Origin: Cyanophora paradoxa CCMP329
Lineage: Eukaryota; Plantae; Glaucophyta
DNA length: 64,000 bases
Assembly: GCA_004431415.1 (NCBI GenBank)
Contig: QPMI01000626.1
Coordinates: forward strand, 248,001-312,000
Direction of reading: 5' to 3'
Part shown: positions 1 through 12,271 of the stretch, in pieces
How the letters are laid out: every line of letters starts with the position of its first letter
How positions within the stretch are numbered: the first letter of the stretch is position 1
Made by a program: the position numbers and the translations under genes
The notes under the pieces: generated by a model
The model's database searches: none
What the model saw: the letters and a program-made list of their open reading frames with translations, nothing else
What the model was told of the DNA's origin: nothing

Positions 1-265
1 CTAGGAATGCGACTAGGAACGGCCCGGCTTGGGGACCCGGCGCGCCTGCATCTCGCCGCGGAGGAACAAGGCGCCTAGGAATGTGCCTAGCTCCTCCTCC
101 TAGCGGAGCGCGCCCCCGCATCTCGCCGGTCTAGTAATGCGCCCGCCTAGGAATGCCCGTCTAGTAATGCCCGGAATCGCCTGGCTCTAAGAATGCGCCT
201 AGGAATGGGCCCGCCTAGGAACCGCCTGGTTCTAGGGATGCGTCTAGGAACCACCTAGGAATGCC
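1..265. repeat. Degenerate CTAGGAATG-type repeat inside a lipase intron
   Basis: Many variants of ctaggaatg/ctagtaatg/ctaggaac, plus degenerate copies of the neighbouring exon end. Confidence 0.7.
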
Positions 266-3200
266 CAGGAATGGCGCGCCTGCATCTCGCCCCCGAGGAA
301 GAAGGCGGCGGCGTAGGCGAGGAGGTCCATCGCCGCCGGCATGTTCCGCACGTCCTGCCGGGCGGGGGTGGGGTGGAGTCAGGCGCCGCGCCGGGCCGGA
401 GGGATGGGCGCGGCGGGGAGGGGCCTGCCTGGAGGAGCTTGATGAGGAGCGAGTGCACCGGCCCTGCGCCGGGGCGTTAGCCTGCGAGCCCTCGGGGGGG
501 GGGGGGGGGGGGGGGGTGGGGGGTGGGGGGGGGGCAATCTCTCGGCGGCGCCGGTGGGAAGAGCGGTGGGAAGAGGGAGAGGCGAGGAGGGAGAGTGGGT
601 GGGTGGGGGGGAAGAGGGAGAGGCGAGGAGGGAGGGGGAGGGCGGGTGGGAGGGGGGGAAACGAGTAGTGGGCGGCGGGGGGCGGGGGAGGGCGGACCGG
701 TGGGGAGGGCGATGGCGTTGACGCGGCGAGCGACCAGCACCTCGAAGAGGTACCTGTGAGACGGCCGGCGGGCGTCGGGAGTCGGGCCGGGCCCAGCCGG
801 GCCGGGTCGACGCGGCGCCCCAGCGGCGAGTGGGCGGCTCTCGAAGAACACTAGATGCGCTATCGGGACTCCGCACTCAGATCTGGATCCGAGCTATAGC
901 GCTAGCCTGAGCCTGCTATTTAGCGCTGGGAATGGCGCCCTCGAACACTAGATGCGCTATCGGGACTCCGGCGGCTCGGGTCGCGCGGCACTCTGGACTC
1001 CTGGGGCCAGGGCGGGGCGGGGCGGGGCGCGCGAGCTAAGGAGGGCTAAGGCTAGTGCGCAAGTTAAGTGCGGGGGCGGGGCGGGGCGGGGCGGGGCGCA
1101 CGCGAGGGCGCGGAGGATGCGCGGGACGCCCCTGTGGTGCCCCGCCGGCGACAGCAGCAGCAGCTGCGGAGGCGGCGGGAGGTCAGAGAGACGTCGGGCG
1201 GACGTCAGCCAGACGGCGCCGGCGGCTCGAAGCGAGCTTCAATTAAGCTTTACTAAGCTTAAACATGAAGGAGACTCATAGGCGGGAAAGATGAATCGAC
1301 GTCCATAAAGATCCGGACCGGTTGGCCGTGGGAGGCTTAAAGGGGGCGAGACGGCTACAGACGGGAGGCTAGAGGGGCCCGGGGCGTCTCAGGCGGCTCG
1401 GATAAGAAGCTCAGGTCAGCGTTACGGGGCCGGGGCGCACGTGGGAGAGGTGGTGGGGTACGCCGCGCCGCCGCGCCGACATCACGTGCATGAGCAGCGC
1501 CGCCGCGCCCATCTGCGGCAGAGGGGCGTCAGGCGGGGCGGGTCGGAGCCTCGGGGGTCGGAGGAAGATAGGCGAAGAGGGCGCGGATGCGAGCGTGGGC
1601 GGGGCGTCGATCGGACTGGCGGGGCGGGGCGGGGCGGGGCCGTACTAGCCAGGGACCGGAGGGCCTCGCTAGTCCGGCCCCGCCCCGCCCCGCCCCTCCT
1701 AGCGGGGAGGAGGAGAGACGAGGGAGGAGAACGCGGGGGCGAGCTCGGGCGGGGCGGGGCGGGGCGGGGGGGGGGGGGGGGGGGCGGACGCACGCTGTGG
1801 GCGATGGCGGTGATCGTAAAGTCTGCCGGGCCCGGGGCCCCCGGAGCCGCCCCCGAGACCGCCGCCGGGGCCGCCGAACAGCCCGGCCCCGCCGACGCCG
1901 CTTCAGGGGACGAAGACGAAGACATCGGGGCCGAAGCCGGGCGGGACTCCGAAGGGGCGGAGGAGGCGGCGGCGGCGGCGGAGGCGGCGGCGGCGAGCGC
2001 GCGGGCTTTGAGGCCGGCCGCTTCCGGCGGCGAAGGCGGGCCAGACTCCGCGGCGGCGATGGAAGAGGAGGAGGGGCCGACGGCCGACGCGAGCTCGCGG
2101 GTCTTGACGCGGCGGATGGCCCGGACGAAGGCGGGCACGTCCTTGTCGTAGTGCTCGTTCACGCTGAAATCCCTGCCGCCGCCTCACGTTAGAGACTCCA
2201 GGGGTACGTTGTCCGGGTTCAACTAGAGCTCTTCGAGCCTCGCTCGCTCGCTCGATTGTCCGCGCACCAGTACTCGGCGTGCGAGATGCGCGGGTTGACG
2301 TGCCCCCTGCTGCCCGTACCCCTGCGCTCGGGGGTCAGGACGGGGTGGAGGAAGGGGTAGAGGGGAAAGGGGGGGTACCGGAAGTTGCCGAGGAAGACGT
2401 CGTACCCCATGTCCCAGGCGCGGAAGGCCAGGCCGCCCATCGTGCCCTGGAGGGAGGGGTACCGGGCACGGATCAAGAGAGGCGCAGGGGGATTGGGGGG
2501 AAGAGAGGGGGGTACGGGCGCACGGTGGAGATCCAAGCGAAGCTCGTGTCGAGGAGGCCGTGCTGGAAAAGCACTACCCTGGAGGGGGGTTGAGTTGAGG
2601 GGGGTACAGGGCGGAAGGGGGGGGGGGCGCACTTGCGGGACTCGGGGCGGGCGATGCGGTCCAGCGTGAGGAGGTACCCGTCATCTAGGGGGGGGATGAG
2701 TCCGGGGTACGGGAAGGCTCGGGCTACCTGGGTTGAAGTGGGGAGCGCACCGGTGACGACGGTGTGGGCCTCGTGCACGTAACCCGCAGCGCGAACGATC
2801 TCCCCGACGCTGCGGCGGTCTGCAAAGGCGAACGAAGGCGAATGGTCGTTCGGGCGAACGCATGGCAACGAGGGGAGCAAACGTTCAGCGGACCGGGGCG
2901 GGCGGCGGCGGGGGCGTGGACGCCAGAGGGGCGGAAGACGCGCAGGCCCGTCCACAGCTGCTTGAAGAAGCGACGGAGGGCGCAGAGGAGGAGGACGGGG
3001 GAGAGGGTACGGAGCGAGCGGCCCGCCGCGCGGAGAAGGGCGCGGGCCCCTCCGAAGAATAGATCCAGGTAGATCAGGAGGCTCAGCTGAAGGTCCTGGG
3101 GTACGGTGCGCGCGTCCGGGTCGGCGTCCGGGGAGGGGAGAAGCGGGCGGGGGGGTACGCGATCGGACCTCGAAGAGTCCCGTCGAGTTCTTCTCGAAGG

Positions 3201-4293
3201 CGAAGACGCGATCGGTGGGGCGGCTGTGTATACCCGTCCAGGAGGAGGCGGGGCCGCTGGGTACAGGGACGGCGGCAGGCACGGCGTCCGCAGGAGCGGG
3301 AGAGGCGGGGGTGGGGGCCGGGGTTGGGGCCGGCGACGGGGCGAGGGGAGGGGGCGAGGATTCGGGAATGGTGGTGGGGGGAGTGGATGCGGGGCGCGCG
3401 GCACGGAGTAAGGAATCGGGACTTCGCCCGAAGGTCCGGCGCCGCGGCGGGCGGTCGGAGCGGAGGGCGGGTACGATGTCTTCGGCCTCGATGCGCCGCC
3501 GGCGCGCGTCGGGCGTGACGAGGTGGCGGAACGCGCCGCCCGCCAGCGCCGGGCTGCTCTGAGTGCGCGGAGGGGTGCGCGGACCAGAGAAGCGGTCGGC
3601 GGGGGTAGGGGAGGCGGAGGCGGAGGCGGAGGCGGAGGCGGCGGGGCGCGGGGCGGGAGACGGAGCCGGAGAGGACGCCTCGACGGCCCGCCAGAGATCG
3701 GGGAAGGCGAGGTGGAGAAAAGCGAGGAGCCTCTGGACGACGAAGCGGAGGAGAGAGCGCAGGAGGGAGCGCTTGGGCAGCGCGCTGGGCCGGAGCGATC
3801 CTGCGGGGCGAGTCGGGAGCCGCGGTGAAGGCGCAGGCGGAATCGCTCACCTCCGGAGTCCGAAGCGGACCATTCAGCGCCGTCTCCGTTGCTGCGCGCG
3901 GGCGCGGGGGATCAGATCGCGGGAAGGGAGGCCGAAGCGGCCGTGCGGCTCACCTCGCGCGCTCCGACGTGTGGCGGTGGATCCTCCTGCGGCTCTCTAG
4001 GTAGTACCTGCGTTTCTGGATCGCTGGGAGGCGTGGCCGCGCGGCGGGGGAGCCCCTCACTTTCCGCCCGCCTCCGGATGAATGAGGTGGAGAACCGCCG
4101 CGGCCCCGCCATTGAGTAACTGGGTGCCCGCCCGCCATGCTGCAACACAACGGGGCAAGCGAGAGAATGAGCGCCAAGAACGGGCCTGACTCGATCATGA
4201 GGGCACCCGCGCACCTTCTTTGACGGTCCCCTTGGCGACCTCGGCGGCGACAACCAGCGCGCCGTCTATTCTCCGCTCGATGTACGAGAGCAT
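1..4293 (-). CDS. Multi-exon AB-hydrolase lipase/sterol esterase (abhydro_lipase; plant At1g73920-like family); 3' end runs off the window
   Basis: Exon peptides: EIVRAAGYVHEAHTVVT..DGYLLTLDRIAR, VVLFQHGLLDTSFAWIS, LAFRAWDMGYDVFLGNFR, SRGHVNPRISHAEYW, NEHYDKDVPAFV, ITAIAHS (start of nucleophile elbow). N-terminus MLSYIERRIDGALVVAAEVAK and DLQLSLLIYLDLFF resemble the plant family. ATG at 4293. Confidence 0.85.
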
Positions 4294-4370
4294 CCCGATG
4301 CTCTGTTTGCCTCTAGCTCGCCATCGAGCAAGTTGGAGGGGGGGCGGGCGAGCCGGGGGTACGGGCAGAA

Positions 4371-5366
4371 ATGGCGGGCCTGCAGCTCCCGCCGACATGG
4401 ATCGTGGGCATCCAGGTGAAGGTGAAGGTCCTGACCGGAGAGGAGATCACGGGGACGGTTTTTACCTACGATGCGGTGCGCGGGACCGTCGCTTTGGCCT
4501 GCCGCCTCTGACGCTGAGGCTATCGCCGTGCTTCGCTCCGCACAGACCAGCGGGATGGTCGTCCTTGATATCCTTGAGCCCGCGGCCGCGCGGCCGAGTC
4601 CGCGATGCGCGATGGCTGCCGCGCTCGCCTTGACCCCTGCCGGCTCTGCACAGGAGTATCTGGCGAACGACAAGCGTAACATTCGCATGCTGAAGTCTAG
4701 CTTCATCAAGGAGGTCCAGTACGTCGCGCCGCCGAACCAGACGGTCGACACATCGCGGCTGCCCCCGCTCAACATCGGGCGCATTCGGGAGCGAGAGGCG
4801 GCGGCCATTCGGAAAGCGTACGAGGCGGCCTCCAGGATAGGGATCGGGGTGCGAAGCGCCCGCCCGCCGGCTCCGCTCGCCTTGCGCGCGGCATCCGAGC
4901 CCGCCGCGGCCCGCAGGTGCCCCCCGAGGCTCAGCAGCTCTTCGATGCGCTCTCGAAGACGTGCGCTTCCCGTCGGCGGCCCGTCCGACCGGCCGCTCCC
5001 CGCACCGGCGCCGCCGGCCCGCACTCCCGCCCGCCCGCTGATCCCGCGCGGCGCGCGGCGCGCAGCATGCCGGTCGAGTGGGAGGCGGAGGTCATCGTCG
5101 TGTTCCGGGAAGTCCGCATCTGCCCCCCGTACGCTGTCGAGTCCGTCACCGGCGGGTCCCAGCTGAGCCGCGACCGCGTCAAGAAAGTCGTGCGCTCGCT
5201 TCCCCCGCTTTGCTCTGCTTTGAAGCCGCGAGCCCCGCGGCTCACGCGACGGCCTCAGGTCGAGCTGGAATGGCGCCGCATGCTGCGCAAGACGCCCGCC
5301 GCCGGCGCCGCCGGCGCATCGCCCTCCCCGCCCGGGGCCTCCCCTGTTCCCACCCCGGCCTCGTAG
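4371..5366 (+). CDS. LSM12: LSM12 homolog (Lsm domain plus anticodon-binding domain), 6 predicted exons
   Basis: Spliced peptide MAGLQLPPTWIVGIQVKVKVLTGEEITGTVFTYDA|TSGMVVLE|EYLANDKRNIRMLKSSFIKEV..IGIG|VPPEAQQLFDALSKT|MPVEWEAEVIVVFREVRICPPY..RDRVKKV|VELEWRR. Confidence 0.9.
4568..4651 (+). other. U12-type (minor spliceosome) AT-AC intron in LSM12
   Basis: 5' end ATATCCTTG; branch site GCCTTGAC at 4627-4634, with the A 18 nt from the 3' end; ends TGCAC. Removal restores VVLEEY..RNIRMLK. Confidence 0.85.
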
Positions 5367-5734
5367 TAACCCTCCGGCGCCCCTCGGCGCCCTTCCCTCT
5401 TTCCTAGTTCGTCAGTCCGCTCCTGTATAGATTACAACACCAGACAGACTTAGTCCCATCGAGCCGAGAGGCGGGAAAGCCCGGGGCCGGGCCGGCAGCG
5501 CGGCGCATGCCGCACTGTGACACAGCGCTAGCGCCGGCAGCGAGCAAAGCGCTTCAGCCTAGTAAACCTGGTCGACGCTTGGCCGGCACATGCTCACAGC
5601 GCTGGCGCGCCTGGCCGGCCCGCGCCTCCTCCTGTCCGACGCGATCGGAACGGTACCGGCGGATCCGTGTCTCGTTCGAGCTCGAGGTGGTTCGTCTGCA
5701 CATGTCTATCTCCAGTACTAGTCTCGGCGGCGCC

Positions 5735-8400
5735 TCATGATCGGGGGCGGCTCGCGGCGCAGACGGCGTCGACGAAGTGCCCCGCGGTCGCCGCGTCCCT
5801 GCCGCCGGGCGGTAAGGGAGGCCCGCCTGGCGGGCCGGCAAAGCAGCGCTAGCTATACAGGGAGGCCGCTAGGCGGAGTCCGAATCTTACGTCTAGAGTT
5901 CCCGGGGCTACTAGGCTAGTGATGAGAGGCTTAATGGCATGCGTCATGAGGCATGGCATGCCAGACAAGGAGGCCGCGAGGCGGAGCCCCTGAAGAGAGG
6001 CTTCCCAGGCCGAAGGATTCCGGAGGATGGCATGCCGGACGGGCCGGCAAAGCCGGGCCGCCGGGCTCCTGGAGCGACGCGTCCCAGGCCGAATTTAAGG
6101 AGTCCCAGTCTAAGAGGGGCGGCCAGCCGGCTCGACGACGCACATGCAGAGGTGTACCCAGGAGGCCAGCACGCGCCCCGAGTCGACGCTGTACCCCTCG
6201 TCCGCCGCCGGCCGCCCCGGCGTCTCCCGCTCCACCTGCAGAGAACCGCTGGGAAGAGAGGAGGGGGGCGGGAAGGGGGGTACGCGTACGCGGTAGACCA
6301 GGTCGAGTCCGGGGGGGTACGGCGGCGCCGGCTCGCCCCCCGCTATCTCACAGAAATGGAAGACCTGCCCCTTGAGCGGCTGCAGAGGGTTTACGTTAAA
6401 AGGAGAAGGTATCCGGGACACGGCGGACGGTGTCGGGGGGTAGAAGCTGGACGCGGAGCAAGGCGGCGCGGGCGGCGGGGAGCGTCGCCGTGCAGTATCC
6501 CATCGCCATCTGAGAGAAAGCAGCGGCCGGTAAGGTCGGAAGGGCAGGGGTACGGGAAGGGCGGGCGCCCGGGCGCGCCTTTCCGCCCATGCGGGTACGG
6601 AAGGGAAGCAATCCGACCGCCCCGTGCGCCCTCTGCGGGCGGCCAAGCGAGACCAGCGACCTCAGACGCAGAGGCTTCTGTGAGGAAGTCTCTTTCGGGG
6701 GCACGGGCCCGGGGCCGCACCGCCTTGCCCTCCTTCCCCGCCGCAGGCTCGATCGACTCCGAAAGGTACATCATACCCCCGCACTCCGCGTAGATCGGGC
6801 CTGGGGGTACCCGTTTGAGGAAGACGGGGAGTACGAAGGTCGGGCGGGGTACCCCCGAAGGCGCGGACGGCGGAGCGGGCGGCTGCGTTCGCCTCGAGCT
6901 CCGCGGCGTGCAGCTCGGGGTACCCCCCTCCAAAGATCCTGCTCAACAGTGAGGGGGTACTGCGTCTGTCACGCGCGGTGAAGTCGGGCGGGGGGTACAG
7001 CGCGTCGCAGTTGGGAGGCGGCCCGGGGTCGCGGAGGGGGGACCAGGGTACCAGCTCCGCCCCCGCCCCCCGAAGAGCGTCCAGCCCGCTCCTGCGGAGT
7101 ACGCGTTCTTTGGCGGGTACGCGGAGCGAGAAGGCGCAGGGGGTACCGGTAGTAGAAGCAGAAGGCCTCATCGAGCTCCAGCGCAATCCTCGCGCGAGGC
7201 GGGGGGTACGCGGGCGGGGCTGGCAGGGGTACGGCCCCCGCGCCCGCGCTCGCGGCCGCCAGCAGAGCGTCGAGGTCCACGTGCCTGGGTTCGAGTCGGA
7301 CCGGGTCCACTTCCGGGGCGGCCGGGCGGGGGTACCGCGCGACGAGCTCCGCGGTGCGCTCGAGGCGCGCCTCGCGCTCGGCGGGCGCCTCGTCCCGCGG
7401 CCTGTGCAGCCCCAAGTGGCGCTCCTTCATCTGAGGCGGGACGGGGGCGTCAGGCCGGGAGGGGTACAGGGCCGGCGGACGGGCGGAGGGGCGGGCGAAG
7501 GGGCGAGCGGGAGGCCGGGCGTCAGGTTGGGAGGGGTACGGGGCGGGCCTGGACGGCGGCCTCGGAAGGAATCGCGCCGAGGACGGGCGGGGCGCGCTCC
7601 CTCAGCGATCGGATCGCGTCCTCCAGCCACGCGCGGTGCGAGGGGCCGCCCACGCGGTTCTGGCGGAGGCGTCGGCGGGACTCTGGCGGGGCGGGGAGAA
7701 GGAGACGGGTACCAGGATCACGCCGACGACGCGCAGCGCGGGATCGAAGGTGCAGTACCCCAGCACGACGGCCGCCGCGGAGCGCGCGAGGGCGTAGCAG
7801 TCGACCACGAGGACCACTGTCAAGGAGCCAGATTATTGAAAATTCGAAACCGGATCAAATCTGCAGCGGGGACGGATCATCGGACCGCACGCACCGCCTG
7901 CGCCGAGGAGCTTCGCGACGGCGGCGGTCGATGCGAAGTCGTCGGCGCCGCGCGCCCCGTCGAAGAGGCCCATGACGCCCTCCACGACGCACGCGTCGCA
8001 GCCGGCCGCGTACCGTCCGAAGACAGCCGCCAGTCCTGCGCGCCCCGCTCGGAACTCGAGCGGGGCGGCTGCAGCGGCCCACGATCGCCGGCCGCTATCC
8101 CTGCACGGGCCGCATGCGCACCGTCGCCGAGCATGTGCTGGTCGAGGTTGACCGTCCCGCGCCCCGCCTCCGCCCCTGCGCGCCGCGCGTCGGCTCGAGC
8201 GCTCGCTTGGAGCTATGCAACCGCGAAGAGGACGCACGGAGGGCCGCGTCGTGCTGCAGGCAGTCCAGGAAGTCGGGGCCGCACTTGAAGCTCTGCACCC
8301 GCAGGCCGCGGTTCGCCAGGGCGCGCAGCAGGCCCAGCGTCGTCGTCGTCTTCCCCACGCCGGAATGCGTCCCCGCGACCACGATCGTCGGCGGCCGCAT
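5735..8400 (-). CDS. cobB: Cobyrinate/hydrogenobyrinate a,c-diamide synthase (CobB/CbiA), multi-exon
   Basis: [14 protein letters not shown] (P-loop), [72 protein letters not shown] (GATase Cys), [14 protein letters not shown], last exon [13 protein letters not shown]. Interrupted by GT-AG introns. Confidence 0.9.
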
Positions 8401-9341
8401 CGCTGCACGCCTCCGAGTGCAAACGAGCGAGCACCGGCGGAGATGCAAACGCTCCGCTTGCCTCTGCTAATCGAAGCTGGCTCTGCCGCAGCGACGTTTA
8501 AGGGCGGGCGATCCACGGCGACCGCTGCGGCGATAAGTTGGTGGCCTTCGGCCAAAAGTTCGGCGCAAGCCGTTGTGGCTTGAGCTGTGCTTGAGCCACG
8601 ATCGAAGCTTGATGGGCTCTGTTGAGCTTGAGCTAGAGCTCAACGAGCTTGCTGTTAGTTCCGAGTTGATCGATAGTCCTGTACCCCTCTTTCGCGATCG
8701 ATTTCCGCGCTCCTCTCCTGGCGCGTGGGGGCGACTTTGATGATGTTGCGCATCAACTAAATCCTCATTGGACTCGCGAACATTGATATCGGAGTCCCCC
8801 GCTCTTCTGTATTGAGCGTTGTGCTGAGCGACACATTCGCGATCAGATGGTTCTTAGTGATCATGCTGTTTTTGAAGCCGGAATCGCATTTCGACGGCGT
8901 GTTTTCAACTTTTGAGAATATGGTCTGGAGATATGAGTCTTCTCCGCCTTTTTAGCGCCTTTGCAGGGCGTGCGATACGTTCTTTGTGCAGCGAGACGTA
9001 CGAACAGAACTTTGTATGAGAGCCAGGAACTTGGAATCAATTAACGGCTTGCGCCGAAAATCACGTCGCACCCCGGCCCGGCTCTTTCCCCCCTCCTGAT
9101 TTTGACCGGGCCTCGCTCCTGGGCCTCCCGGCCGCGCTGCGGGCGCGCGCGCCCGCTCGCGCAGCTCCCAACGCTCTCAGATGCGCTTCCCTCGGCCTTG
9201 TGCAGCTGCGCGCTCGGCCGCGGCGCTTCGCGCGCTCCTGTCAACCCGCTCTCCAAACGTTACCAATGCAAATCGGAGCCTTCGAGGCGCGAGTCCCTAC
9301 ACTGGCCAGTTCCTACGAGGCGACTCGTGAGCCGTACGCGC

Positions 9342-9349
9342 TATAAAGC
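9342..9349 (+). promoter_or_regulatory. Putative TATA box
   Basis: ctataaag in GC-rich context about 140 bp upstream of the ATG at 9485. Confidence 0.35.
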
Positions 9350-9484
9350 CCCAGATCTTTGCGCGAATTGCCCGCTTCGCTACACTTACAGCTTTCAGTC
9401 TAACGCAGCCCCTCAAAAAGCAGCAGCAGCCGCTCGCCCAGCAGTCCCCTCGGCGGCATCAGCGGTGGCACGACAGCAGCAGGC

Positions 9485-10982
9485 ATGGAGGTCTCCCGCA
9501 TAGCTGCGCTGACGGCGCGCTTCGTCAGCTCTTTCATCCTCCCCGGCGCCGCGGGGCCGGTCCGCAGCGCCTGGAGCTACGGTGAGGCTCGCGCGCTCCC
9601 TGCGGTCAGTGCTTGATGCTGACGCGGACCGCGGCACCGCGCAGGGGAGATCTGGACGCCCGACCACACGACCCGGGAGGACGCGGCGCAGCCGGAGCTG
9701 ATCTGCAGGGCGATTGCCTGCCGGAAGGACGCGCACGGCGAGCGAGAGGTCACGTCGCTGGCGACGCTGGCGGCGATGCTCTCCGGATCCGCGTCGTCGG
9801 AGCGGCTGGAGGCGATGGATGCTTTCAAGGACTCGGCCGCCGCGCTCCGCATCCCCTCCGGCTCGTGCCTAGTCGGCAACGCGTACGCGCAGAGGTGATT
9901 GATTCCGCGCGCTCCGGCGGCCCGCCGCCGTCGGGGGGGGCTTCCCCCCGCAAGTTCCCCTCCAACCTGTCAACGGCCCTAACTGGTCTCGCCGCCCGCA
10001 GGAGCCCGCAGCACCTCGAGGACATCTCAGCGGCGCAGGAAACCGAGCTCCTTCGGCGCGACGCCGCGCTCCGAGCAGGTTTCACGTCGGGTCCGGCCAT
10101 TTCAAATTTTTCAATGAGTCACCGGGGCTGACCCCAAGGTCGCGCAGCCGTCGCCTTTCCCGTCTTCCGCAAGATCGATTCCGGCCCGTCCCAAGTCAGC
10201 GCCGTCGTCATCCTCTTCAGCCCGCGCCGGGCCGGCGTCTGCCCGGCGGCCCACACCGCTCTGTCGCGGCTTCACGTGAAGTGCGAGTCGTCGCCCGCCG
10301 ACGGCGCGTTCTTCATTCCGCCGGTGCGCTCCGCTCGCACGCTTTTGAATTTTGGAATTTTCGAATCCGCCGCGGCTCACGAGCGGGCGCGGCCGGCCGC
10401 AGGACGTCACGCTCTCGTTCCTCCCCCCCAACGTGCGCCGCGCCCAAATCGCCGCCGCTTTGCATCTCACATCTCACATCTGATCGACATCTGACCGCCG
10501 CCGCCGCCGCCGCGCAGCACAAGAAATCGTCCCGCGCCGCGAGCCCGACGACGGCGACTGCGCCGAAAGGATCCGTGGCCGGAGCCGCCCCCGCCCTCTC
10601 CGTCAACGTGGCGCTCGCTTCCTGCTCCGTCCCTTCCTCGCCGCCCGCCTCTAGCCGCCCCGCCTCGCCCGGCCCCGTGACTCCAACGCCGCTCTGCACG
10701 TCGGCCAAGCCGCTGATCCCCTCCATCCCGACCTCTGCCTTCTTCCTCCCGCCGCCGCCGGTGGCGGCGGCGTCGGCTTCCATGCGCCCCGCCAAACGCC
10801 CCGCGCCCGCGTCCGACGCCGACGGCGCCTCCTCCGACCCCGCCGGCAAGCGCGCCCGGGAGATGCGGTCGCCCACGCCGCCGCCGCCGCCGGCTCACAA
10901 CTCGGAGGTGGCCGAGGTCAATTCCAAGCTGGAGAACCTGGCCGGAGCCGCCCTCCTGCTCTCCATGCGCCACAACTCTTGA
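9485..10982 (+). CDS. Multi-exon protein with an N-terminal GAF-like domain and a Ser/Pro-rich tail
   Basis: Spliced AWSY|GEIWTPD..LIC..AFKDSAAALRIPSGSCLVGNAYAQR|SPQHLEDISAAQETELLRRDAALRAG..AVVILFS matches the GAF pattern of NIN-like and cyanobacterial sensors. Ends AGAALLLSMRHNS. Confidence 0.55.
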
Positions 10983-12271
10983 TTTCGATATTGATTCGAG
11001 CCGTAGTTGATTTCGTAGACAGCTGCAGGTAGCATACCCGATCTTGCGTTCCGGATCTCAGCCCATACCTGCCCGTTTCTCTCTCCACCACTTTACTATA
11101 TACGGTCGAGATGTGTTTTGCTTGTCTTGGCTTTTGGATCTTCTGGATTTGTTTGCAGATAGCTAGATCTAGCCTCTTCGACCTCGAGCCTGCCAGGGGA
11201 TAGCGATACGCCGCATTTTTGTCCCTTAGACGTCCGATGCGCGGCCGTCCTCGCGACGTGTTCCCTCTGCAGCGATAGAGCTTCGATTCCGTGTGCCTTC
11301 GATCCGTATCCTTTCGATTTCCGTCGAGGGAGCGCGTAAGAGTTTGTTAATTTGTTTCGGCCTTCGTAGCTTGGAGCACGCGCGCTTTGTAGGGTTAGGT
11401 CTCTTGTTTATGCATGTGAGGTGTCCATGCAGCTTGCAAAATGATTCGATCTCCCAAGATCATTATATCTCCCCATGTTAGTTTTAAGCTTGTGCCCTGG
11501 CATTGTTGAACTTCGGAACGGATTTTCGGGGCGCCCTTTGTATAGCTCTCGAGTCTCGTGATTGGTGACCCTTTAATTTCCTCTTCGCCGCCTGCAGTCG
11601 CCGGCAGCGAAAGTACTAATTATAAGCTTTCTCACAGTCTCTGTAGACATTCTACTTAACAAAAAAAATACATATTAGGTGTAACCTTGTAAAGTTGCTC
11701 TGTACACAGTTCGGGGCGGGATTAGTTGTCCGCCGCGTGACTTCGCGCTTTTCTGTTTTCTTCAATTCTTAGAGATCAGCCGCTGAGCCCGCTTAAGTGT
11801 AGCCAACACGCCAGGAATTTCGCTAGCTGCTTCCTCGGCGTGTGCAGTGAGTCAGCGCCAGTGCAAAAGACACTCAGCCCCGGATTCGGACAAGTGAGCT
11901 TAGGACCGGAGCATGCGAAGTGCATACTTGATAGCAAGCATTCTGTAGAACGATTGATTTTCCGATATCGATCATGATTAGGTTATCGGTAGGTCTTCCA
12001 GCAGACACGCCTGATCCGGATCCGGACTCCAGCTTTATTGGACTCGAGTAGCTATATTCGTTGGTATGCCGCGGTGCATATGCATGTGCCGCCGCAGTCA
12101 CAGTTTGCGTGATCGTGGTTCTGACTGACGTACATGTCTGAGTTGAACGTGACGCAATATAAGCACAGCGCTAGCTATAGGACTTCTTCCCTCGGCGCCG
12201 GCGGCGCCGGCTCTCCTTAAAGCAGATACTTAAAGGCCAAATTTACTCCGAACTCTTCGCGTCCGCCTTCG

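Noticed and set aside
493-534. Long poly-G/poly-C runs as telomeric or G-quadruplex elements
   Set aside because: They occur in many introns as C-rich sense-strand tracts, their lengths are unreliable in assemblies, and no telomere unit is present.
5735-8400. Bacterial contamination explaining cobB
   Set aside because: The gene has host-style spliceosomal introns and lies between eukaryotic genes.
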